Shown one piece after another: positions 54,771-61,436 of a stretch of DNA of 61,436 nt. Under the pieces are notes generated by a model that saw only the letters and a list, made by a program, of their open reading frames with translations, was not told the origin of the DNA and did not search any database. Numbering within the stretch: position 1 is the first letter of the stretch; each line of letters starts with the position of its first letter. The position numbers and the translations under genes are program-made. This stretch comes from a virus. Taxonomy: Duplodnaviria > Caudoviricetes. The stretch covers positions 1 to 61,436 of the IMG/VR virus record IMGVR_UViG_3300034018_002789. One strand, given 5' to 3'.

Positions 54771-55058
54771 TTAATTCTTTTCGAAAAGATAAGTAACGCC
54801 AGTATCTTCTATAGAAATCCAAATCAAATCTTTATTGTTTTGATTCATGGATTTTCCAGCAGTTAATTTTGCAGTTTCAGAGAACTGTGTTTTATAGTTT
54901 GCTGGTATTTGTTCTAAAACTTCTTTTACATCAAGAAGTTCAGAGTTTTCTTGCAAGTCTGGGATGGTTTCTGTATCATAAGTTCCAATGAATTGAAAAT
55001 TAGATTCAGAAGGCTCGCCTGTTTGTCTAAAACTCATCCACTCTTTAAATAGTTTCAT
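54771..55058 (-). CDS. Hypothetical protein with an MKLFKEWM N-terminus
   Basis: 95-aa ORF with an ATGA overlap with the Nudix gene. Confidence 0.7.
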   Translation of the reverse strand: MKLFKEWMSFRQTGEPSESNFQFIGTYDTETIPDLQENSELLDVKEVLEQIPANYKTQFSETAKLTAGKSMNQNNKDLIWISIEDTGVTYLFEKN

Positions 55059-55807
55059 GTTGTTGCCCCTTTAAGTTTATTTAAAGCTGTCGCTAATATT
55101 TTATTATGATGTTGAAAAGCCATATTAGGCAATTCTTTTAAAGCATACCAACCTTTAAGACCTTGATTTAACATGCTAATACTACCTGGTGCTTGAGTGG
55201 CATCATCGCCAAATTTAAAAGATAATATATCTTTGTCTGGAACCTCATAAAGATATGCCCATGTTTTTACATTTTTTTCTCTTTTGTCTGACCCACTTGC
55301 ATCAAATTCGCCCAAATAAATTAAGCCGCTGCCACTTACAGAGGCTCCAGTTTCTTCGCTCAGCTCTCTAGCTGCTGCTTTTGGTGCAACTACCATAGGT
55401 TCTGGAGGATTGGTTGCCGAAAACCCATCAGCAGCGTTGTCAAAAAATCCTCCTGGAATAGCCAATCCCTTGGGGTCTTTCAATCTATTAATAAGATAAA
55501 AAGCATTATTTGTTTTATTATATGGAATGCAGTCTACGGCTCTATTTTCTGCATATGTAATTATATTTTTGCCCATCTCGTTTCTATATTTAAAATATTT
55601 AACCCAAGGAGGCGATAGATTCTTGTTTAAAGGTCCATATCCTATGTTGGTCACATTATTTTGAACAGGAACATAAAGAGGTTCTGGCAAATCATCTGCT
55701 GTTATTTTTAATAATCCATTTTCTTCCGTTACAAAACTATATGGCCCCCAATATACATCTCCTATTTCTTCTCTATTTTCTAACCAAATTGAAAAATTAG
55801 CTATCAT
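55055..55807 (-). CDS. Nudix hydrolase (ADP-ribose pyrophosphatase-like)
   Basis: AVD, LINR...P.GLAIPGGF, AAARELSEETG (Nudix box with an insertion), D.R, GDDA, W...ELP.MAF.H..I. Confidence 0.88.
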   Translation of the reverse strand: MIANFSIWLENREEIGDVYWGPYSFVTEENGLLKITADDLPEPLYVPVQNNVTNIGYGPLNKNLSPPWVKYFKYRNEMGKNIITYAENRAVDCIPYNKTNNAFYLINRLKDPKGLAIPGGFFDNAADGFSATNPPEPMVVAPKAAARELSEETGASVSGSGLIYLGEFDASGSDKREKNVKTWAYLYEVPDKDILSFKFGDDATQAPGSISMLNQGLKGWYALKELPNMAFQHHNKILATALNKLKGATT

Positions 55808-55959
55808 TCCCATCCGCCTTCTATTGGATTCTTGTTTGTAATTACTTTAATACAATCTATAAGTCTATATATTTCATTAATTAATGATAATATTAATTCA
55901 TCTTTATTTTCAATAGATTTTAAATTTTCCTTAATGTTTTCTAAATCTTCTTCTTTCAT
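55804..55959 (-). CDS. Small hypothetical protein
   Basis: MKEEDLENIKE... 51 aa, fills the gap and overlaps the Nudix start (ATGA). Confidence 0.55.
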   Translation of the reverse strand: MKEEDLENIKENLKSIENKDELILSLINEIYRLIDCIKVITNKNPIEGGWE

Positions 55960-55967
55960 ATAAAACC

Positions 55968-56492
55968 CTACTGATTCTTTGTTGATTTTATTGCGAAATC
56001 TAAAGAAATTGGAGAATAATACCAATGTTCTACGCAACAGTTTAAATATTTAGGATTTATTTCATCAAATTCATTAATTACATTTTTATAATGTATATGA
56101 CCATGAAAATTATATTGATTATCACCTATACAATCTGGATGTATTGGAAAGTGTGACAATATGTAGTGTTTATCTAATTTATGTGTGCCTCTTATATCTT
56201 TAAAATATTCTGCATAATCTTTTAATTTGAAAATGTCATGATTGCCTTTTATTAAAATCTTTTCTCCATTTAGTTTTTTCAAAGTTTTAAGATCTTTTCT
56301 TTTAATAGCCACATCCCCAAGATGATATATCTTATCTTTGGGACGAACAATTCTATTCCAGTTTTCAATCATGCATTCGTCCATATCATTTGCATTATCA
56401 AAAGGACGAACTTTAGTTCCATCATTTCTAAGGAACTTGCACATTGCATCATGGCCAAAATGCGTATCAGAAATTAGATAAATATTTGGCAT
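55968..56492 (-). CDS. Calcineurin-like metallophosphoesterase
   Basis: ISDTHFGH, HLGD, KGNHD, LSHFP, FHGHIH. Confidence 0.92.
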   Translation of the reverse strand: MPNIYLISDTHFGHDAMCKFLRNDGTKVRPFDNANDMDECMIENWNRIVRPKDKIYHLGDVAIKRKDLKTLKKLNGEKILIKGNHDIFKLKDYAEYFKDIRGTHKLDKHYILSHFPIHPDCIGDNQYNFHGHIHYKNVINEFDEINPKYLNCCVEHWYYSPISLDFAIKSTKNQ

Positions 56493-56716
56493 TAGACCCT
56501 CGAAATAATAACTCTTGCTTCTTTCATGCAGTCTGGGCTTACACTGCTATTATAATATTCGTGCTCTCCCATATACCATTTTGTGTAAACATTAGGACAA
56601 ATATCAATTAATCTTAAATCAAATTTATCTGATACTCCACCTTCGTAACCATTTGTTGAAACAATTAAATTGCCATCATATTTTTTTAATTCTTCTATAA
56701 GCTCATTGACTGTCAT
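56492..56716 (-). CDS. Hypothetical phage protein
   Basis: MTVNELIEELKKYD...GYEGG, a common small-phage-protein pattern. Confidence 0.7.
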   Translation of the reverse strand: MTVNELIEELKKYDGNLIVSTNGYEGGVSDKFDLRLIDICPNVYTKWYMGEHEYYNSSVSPDCMKEARVIISRV

Positions 56717-57224
56717 TTGGTTTCCTTTCTACAACACATATTGTGTCATTGTGTGCGCCACCATGATAAACAAGTAGTATTTCTAAAATTTTATAGTTGT
56801 ACTTTTTACCCCAGCCCATACTATTCCATCCGAAAGTAAAAGCAAGACCATCTGGCTTTAATATCATGTTTAAATATTTCTTGCATTCACTATACAATCT
56901 AGCATTTTGGGTGTCCGTTTGTGATGCTTTAAGTCCTACAGATTTGTATACTTCTGTTATTTGCCTAGGGGAATAAGGTGGATCTAATAATGCTACATCA
57001 ACTTGAATGCCTGTTTTAACAAATTCAGAAAGCCATTCTACACTATTTTTGCCCGATACTGCCAAATCATTTCTATATTTTGCTATCTCGCTTTTTCCTG
57101 CGAATGGATCAATAACATCCATGCTTGGTTCTATATATTTTTTTAACAATGCTTTTACGGGAGGCATTTCGAATGTATAAGGATTCGGCATCGAAAATTG
57201 CCTGTCAAAAATAAATTCTGGCAT
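56703..57224 (-). CDS. Small DNA adenine (amino) methyltransferase
   Basis: Motif I VIDPFAG, motif IV LLDPPYS, ILKPDG. Confidence 0.85.
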   Translation of the reverse strand: MPEFIFDRQFSMPNPYTFEMPPVKALLKKYIEPSMDVIDPFAGKSEIAKYRNDLAVSGKNSVEWLSEFVKTGIQVDVALLDPPYSPRQITEVYKSVGLKASQTDTQNARLYSECKKYLNMILKPDGLAFTFGWNSMGWGKKYNYKILEILLVYHGGAHNDTICVVERKPNDSQ

Positions 57225-57233
57225 TTTTTAATC

Positions 57234-57398
57234 TCAAAATAATGTTAAAAGCAAAAGTCCAGCAAAAACAACAACGATTAGAAAAAACAAAAATTTTTTT
57301 TCAAATACTTTTGATTCCTTCTCGTTAATTCTATCTTCTAAATAATCACCATTTTTTAGGATTTCGTCAATTAGTTTTTCTCTTAATTTTGCATTCAC
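57234..57398 (-). CDS. Small membrane protein (54 aa, not in the ORF track)
   Basis: Translated by hand from GTG: MNAKLREKLIDEILKNGDYLEDRINEKESKVFEKKFLFFLIVVVFAGLLLLTLF*; AAGGA upstream. Confidence 0.55.
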   Translation of the reverse strand: MNAKLREKLIDEILKNGDYLEDRINEKESKVFEKKFLFFLIVVVFAGLLLLTLF

Positions 57399-57660
57399 TA
57401 TTATTCCTTTTACAAAATATTTCTTTAGAATTAATAGCCTCTCCTATGATCTCAACTTCACCATCTGTTTCGATCCATACATGGGCTCCGCATGAAAGAG
57501 GAGACTCTGGTTTATATATTAATTTACAATCACCTTTAATTACAACTTCATGTGCATATTTATTTTCTTTATAATTTTTTACTGTAATTACTGGATTTTT
57601 CTCTCCAGTCTTTTTGTTCCTTCTAATCATGAATTGATTAACATGAATGATCGTTTTCAT
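57367..57660 (-). CDS. Conserved hypothetical phage protein
   Basis: MKTIIHVNQ..IR.N.K.....PVITVK...YAHEV.I.G....Y.P..PLSCGA.VWIET; AGGAGG RBS. Confidence 0.78.
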   Translation of the reverse strand: MKTIIHVNQFMIRRNKKTGEKNPVITVKNYKENKYAHEVVIKGDCKLIYKPESPLSCGAHVWIETDGEVEIIGEAINSKEIFCKRNNSECKIKRKTN

Positions 57661-57692
57661 AGTTGTCCTCCTGTTTAAATTAAACCATATTT

Positions 57693-58160
57693 TTAATTCG
57701 TTTCCAGTTTTTTCTTCCAAGTTTCAATATCTTCATCAATATTAGGATTATATCCCTGCCAATCCATTAAGTGTCCAAACAAATAATGACAGTTTACGGG
57801 TCTATTTTCACAAAGCACAACAAAATTATTTTCATCAAGCTCTTTTTCTGGATTCATATGGAAAGGCATTTTGTGGTGAACAACTAAATTTTCTGTTTTG
57901 CCACAAACAGCACACTTGCCATTTTTTTTCTTATAATTATAAGCTATGCTTTTCCACTTTCCACTTCTTGTGGATGTAGTGCTTAACCCATAAACATAAT
58001 TTTCACCTTTTGATTCTAAATATTTTTTATAAAACTGTGTAATAATACAATAAAATGCATATCCTAAATAAATTGCAAAAACAGCAGTTGTAATTGCAAT
58101 TGGAATATAATTAAAAAGTTCTTCTTCTGATATTGCATTTGGATCTAAAAAATTTTTCAT
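57693..58160 (-). CDS. HNH endonuclease with an N-terminal hydrophobic helix
   Basis: RSGKW, CAVCG, VHHKMP, N..VLC, CHYLFGH; predicted TM segment IPIAITTAVFAIYLGYAFYCII. Confidence 0.8.
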   Translation of the reverse strand: MKNFLDPNAISEEELFNYIPIAITTAVFAIYLGYAFYCIITQFYKKYLESKGENYVYGLSTTSTRSGKWKSIAYNYKKKNGKCAVCGKTENLVVHHKMPFHMNPEKELDENNFVVLCENRPVNCHYLFGHLMDWQGYNPNIDEDIETWKKKLETN

Positions 58161-58915
58161 AGTGTGTATACCTTATCAATGAATTCGATTGTCATAGCGT
58201 GAATTGGAAATTTAGATATTTTAAGTTTATTTTTTAAGTAATTCTGTATACTTAAATTATTAAAAAAGTCTTCTACTTTTTTTGTAGTATTGTATGATGC
58301 CTCTGTTTTTAATCCAGCTAATTTAGCAAAATGACTATAAGATGTTTGAGGAAAAGTTATTGCATGTGTAAAAATCATACTTTCCACTGGGACTAATTGC
58401 TTTATTTCATCTTCTTCTAAAAATATATGAGCAAAAGCCTTATTTAAATGCTTATAAATATGTGCTCCATGTCTTGACATATAAGGATGGTATCTAACAT
58501 ATATTTTACCACCTTCTGCAAGAACACTTTTTAATAGTATAAAAGCTTCAATTTGGTTTATATTTTCAAGATGATCCATTACATCATATACATTTATAAA
58601 GTCATAAGGACCATTTTTTTCAACTATGTCCCAATTTGTAGTTAATAAAACTTTTTCAAAGTTGGAAAATTTGTTTTGTATATCATAACCAACAACATTA
58701 GAAGCACCATGCTTTAGCATAAAATCTGCAACATGTCCTTCGCCACATCCAAAATCTAAAACTCTTTTGCCGTAATGAGCATTATTAATAACTAATGTTG
58801 CAATGCTTTCTGCTCTTTCTGTTTTGTCTTTTTCATTAGATTCATCACAAACAAGATTTATATCTACAGCTTGCGGCCAATCATCTGACTTTATTAAATC
58901 TATAATATTTTTCAT
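58157..58915 (-). CDS. Class I SAM-dependent methyltransferase
   Basis: VLDFGCGEG, VGYD, YDFINVYDVMDH, L..GG.IY. Confidence 0.88.
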   Translation of the reverse strand: MKNIIDLIKSDDWPQAVDINLVCDESNEKDKTERAESIATLVINNAHYGKRVLDFGCGEGHVADFMLKHGASNVVGYDIQNKFSNFEKVLLTTNWDIVEKNGPYDFINVYDVMDHLENINQIEAFILLKSVLAEGGKIYVRYHPYMSRHGAHIYKHLNKAFAHIFLEEDEIKQLVPVESMIFTHAITFPQTSYSHFAKLAGLKTEASYNTTKKVEDFFNNLSIQNYLKNKLKISKFPIHAMTIEFIDKVYTL

Positions 58916-58994
58916 AAATTTACCATATCTCTCTTAAAATTATTATAATATACAATACTATATTTTTATTCACTATTTTCAAAGGAAGCTTAAA

Positions 58995-59369
58995 ATGGAA
59001 AAAAACCACAAGCATTTAATTTTAAACGCTGTTGTTACCGACCCAATAAATGATGAAAAATCTTGCAATAAATGGCTAACAGATTTGGTTGATATTGTTG
59101 ACATGGAAATACTAATTCCTCCCCATAGCAAATATTGTGACATTCCTGGTAATGAAGGAGTGACAGGAACAGTTGTAATAACAACAAGTCATATGTCGAT
59201 TCATATATGGCCGCAACAGCCAGAGCCTCATATTAGAATGGATGTATATAGCTGCAAAGATTTTGATGTAGAAAAAGTTGTAGAATTCGTAAAAAAGAGT
59301 ATGGGAATAGTTGATTTTGATTATGTATTAATCGACCGAAACAAAACCAAAATGAATATAATTAGTTAA
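58995..59369 (+). CDS. speD: S-adenosylmethionine decarboxylase proenzyme (class 1b)
   Basis: KHLI, GVTGTVVITTSHMSIHIWP, DVYSCKDF. Confidence 0.88.
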   Translation: MEKNHKHLILNAVVTDPINDEKSCNKWLTDLVDIVDMEILIPPHSKYCDIPGNEGVTGTVVITTSHMSIHIWPQQPEPHIRMDVYSCKDFDVEKVVEFVKKSMGIVDFDYVLIDRNKTKMNIIS

Positions 59370-59653
59370 TGGCAAAAATACGAAGCAAATATGCCTTTAA
59401 AAAACACGCAGGCAAATGTGCTTTCTGCGATGAAAAAGATTATTCTTGCCTAGATGCTCATCGTATATATGAAGGCTACAAAGGCGGAGAATACGACAGC
59501 ATTAATGTTGTTGTCTGCTGTGCAAACTGTCATAGGAAAATACACTCTGGTAATATTAAACTAATTAAAAAACATATAAGCTATGGGGAAAGTTTATACG
59601 TTTTAGAATATATTGAAAATAATGAAACAAAATTTTTATCTTTAAAATACTAA
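59369..59653 (+). CDS. HNH endonuclease
   Basis: CAFC, LDAHRI, GGEY...N.V.CCANCHRKIH. Confidence 0.82.
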   Translation: MAKIRSKYAFKKHAGKCAFCDEKDYSCLDAHRIYEGYKGGEYDSINVVVCCANCHRKIHSGNIKLIKKHISYGESLYVLEYIENNETKFLSLKY

Positions 59654-59660
59654 ATATTTT

Positions 59661-60242
59661 ATGAACTTTTATGAATGGTATTATACTGAAGCATTAGCTT
59701 CTGCAAGTAGAAAATATACGCATGATGATTATCACAAATCATTCTTGCCAAGAGGTTTAATTGGCGGAATTACATCTAGAGTAAAATACTTCCCCAGATG
59801 GGCTGTTGAAAAACTACTTGAAATAGAAAAAAGTGCTCACTTGCCACATATGCACATGCATGATGTAATTGAAGAAGACCCAAATGTAGATTTAGATAAA
59901 ATAACAGAAAAGCAAGTTAAAGATATTTATGAATGTAATGGCAAGCCTGTTTATCTTGTAACAGACAACTTCTACGTTATTGGATGCGAAACTGGAAATG
60001 AAGTAGAAATCGGTGATTTTGCAGCTATGGGTGGGAAAATTAGAGATATGAAATCTGCAGCACAATTTTTAGGTTTCATAAGACAATTCAAAGGCAAAAC
60101 AATAAAAGCAGACATGCGAGAAGATACATCTTACGCTCTGTTAAAAGCACAAGAAAAATCTGGAAGAGTAAAAATAAACCATGATGAAGTTTGGGATTGG
60201 TCTGGTACATCCATGCATGAAATAGAATTTGAAATACTATAG
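59661..60242 (+). CDS. Hypothetical protein with an MNFYEWYYTE N-terminus
   Basis: TAAATA 4 nt upstream; 193-aa ORF. Confidence 0.75.
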   Translation: MNFYEWYYTEALASASRKYTHDDYHKSFLPRGLIGGITSRVKYFPRWAVEKLLEIEKSAHLPHMHMHDVIEEDPNVDLDKITEKQVKDIYECNGKPVYLVTDNFYVIGCETGNEVEIGDFAAMGGKIRDMKSAAQFLGFIRQFKGKTIKADMREDTSYALLKAQEKSGRVKINHDEVWDWSGTSMHEIEFEIL

Positions 60243-60252
60243 TGAGGATATT

Positions 60253-60813
60253 ATGTCAGATGAATTAGTTGGATATTATGAAATGAAAGAGGGGGAAACC
60301 CCTATGACTTTGATAACTGAAAATGTAAAACTTTCAGAAAATTTGCTATATCATCTAGAACATAATATTTCATTATCTAATACAGTTTTCAGATTAGGAT
60401 CAGAAGGATGGATGGATTTGGCAAATGAAATGAGAACATTGTGGGAACAAGGCTTGTTAAAAGTAAATGAAAATGATGAATTTATTCTTTTAACTGAAGC
60501 TGGGAGAACTGGAATTTATCAAGGTAAGTCTGTTGCTTTAGATTCTCCCAAAAGATCCACAGGAGGCAATAAGAAATTTGTTGTTTATGTGAACTCTGGA
60601 AGAAAAAATGCCGAAGGCAGAGTTGTTGCTAAGAAAATTGGATTTGGAGATCCAAATCTTAGTGTTAAAAATAATGATCCCAAAAGAGCTAAAAGCTTTA
60701 GGGCTAGACATAAATGTCATTTAAAAAATGACAAAACTACACCGGGATATTGGGCATGCCACATAGGCCGGTATGCTAAACAAGTTGGCTTGTCTTCTTC
60801 AGCAAGTTGGTAA
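60253..60813 (+). CDS. Conserved phage protein (DUF6321-like)
   Basis: KKFVVYV...KKIGFGDPNL...DPKRAKSFRARHKC....KTTPGYWAC; GAGG RBS before ATG 60253. Confidence 0.75.
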   Translation: MSDELVGYYEMKEGETPMTLITENVKLSENLLYHLEHNISLSNTVFRLGSEGWMDLANEMRTLWEQGLLKVNENDEFILLTEAGRTGIYQGKSVALDSPKRSTGGNKKFVVYVNSGRKNAEGRVVAKKIGFGDPNLSVKNNDPKRAKSFRARHKCHLKNDKTTPGYWACHIGRYAKQVGLSSSASW

Positions 60814-60829
60814 CAAACAGGAGTCTAAA

Positions 60830-60967
60830 ATGCTTGATAATCTATTATTTTTTCTTGTTGGTTTAGTAGTTGGTTGGAACGTACTTCCTCAGCCAGCATG
60901 GGTTAAAGCCACATATGATTTGTTAGTTTCTAAGATTAAATCTTGGTCTGCACCAAAAAGTGAATAA
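60830..60967 (+). CDS. Small membrane protein
   Basis: AGGAG RBS; MLDNLLFFLVGLVVGWNVLPQPAWVK. Confidence 0.7.
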   Translation: MLDNLLFFLVGLVVGWNVLPQPAWVKATYDLLVSKIKSWSAPKSE

Positions 60968-61244
60968 TCCCAAACCTTTTTTAGAAACAAAAGAAGAAAA
61001 CTACATCGTAAGAGAATTCTCCCCCGATGTAGAGATGGAAGATTTAGTCTGGCACAGAGACTACGAAGACAGATTGATTACATTCTTAAATCAAAACGAT
61101 TGGAAGTATCAAGAAGATAACAAACTTCCAATTCCTTGCCAAGGGCAAGTATTTATACCCCGTGGTCTTTATCACAGAATACACAAAGGAACCACAAAAC
61201 TAATAGTAAAAATAGAATTCAAAAACCTTTCCACGTTAGATTGA
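60960..61244 (+). CDS. Cupin-like small protein
   Basis: LVWHRD.EDR, W..Q.DN.LP, FIPRG.YHR..KG. Confidence 0.75.
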   Translation: MNNPKPFLETKEENYIVREFSPDVEMEDLVWHRDYEDRLITFLNQNDWKYQEDNKLPIPCQGQVFIPRGLYHRIHKGTTKLIVKIEFKNLSTLD

Positions 61245-61254
61245 TATTCAAGAT

Positions 61255-61436
61255 CTTCGAGCCAAGGAATCCCCCTGACTTTAGTCGGGGGAGGAATTGG
61301 CTCATAAATAAAATTTCAGTTGAAAAAATCATTCAACCTACTATATAATAGTAACATGAAGACTGTGATACAAGCAAAAATTCTGGCATCCAAAGAAGAG
61401 TCCAAAGCATTATTGGATACGATGCAAGTTTTTAAC
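61255..61436 (+). mobile_element. Left end of an IS200/IS605-family (IS1341-like, tnpB-first) element, truncated at the window edge
   Basis: Subterminal hairpin GAGCCAA-GGAAT-CCCCCTGAC-TTTA-GTCGGGGG-AGGAA-TTGGCTC, then TTGAAA-18-TATAAT (61320-61349) and a tnpB-like start. Confidence 0.7.
61356..61436 (+). CDS. tnpB: TnpB-like RNA-guided nuclease, N-terminal fragment
   Basis: MKTVIQAKILASKEESKALLDTMQVFN matches the typical TnpB start (K.KL.P..EQ...L..TM..FN). Only 27 codons are visible. Confidence 0.65.
   Translation, partial: MKTVIQAKILASKEESKALLDTMQVFN

Overview
An AT-rich, gene-dense 61 kb piece of a large tailed phage (Caudoviricetes, myovirus-type contractile tail, distantly T4-like), read in the standard genetic code. 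From left to right it holds: (1) a portal gene running off the left edge, interrupted by a 232-aa intein and missed by the ORF track, plus a large terminase; (2) accessory genes (ferritin-like protein, HExxH metalloprotease, a nearly pure Asp/Glu protein), a Cas4/RecB-like nuclease, a primase, an actin-like ATPase and glycosyltransferase-like genes; (3) a ~35 kb minus-strand virion module with PKD proteins, a 2263-aa RCC1-repeat fibre with Thr-rich linkers, baseplate wedge/gp25/spike/hub genes, tape measure and a gp2-like DNA end protector; (4) a degenerate CCA-type nucleotidyltransferase, ClpP, Nudix, metallophosphoesterase, methyltransferases, HNH nucleases and SpeD; (5) the start of an IS200/IS605 tnpB at the right edge. 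The main signals the gene list does not explain are two solo IS605-end scars related to the tnpB left end, a recurring TAAATA-N4-6-ATG near-leaderless promoter, T4 capsid-targeting-like N-termini on several unrelated proteins, and glycosyltransferases placed among mucin-like fibre genes. No tRNA, rRNA or CRISPR array was recognised. All assignments come from reading motifs by eye; no database search was run.
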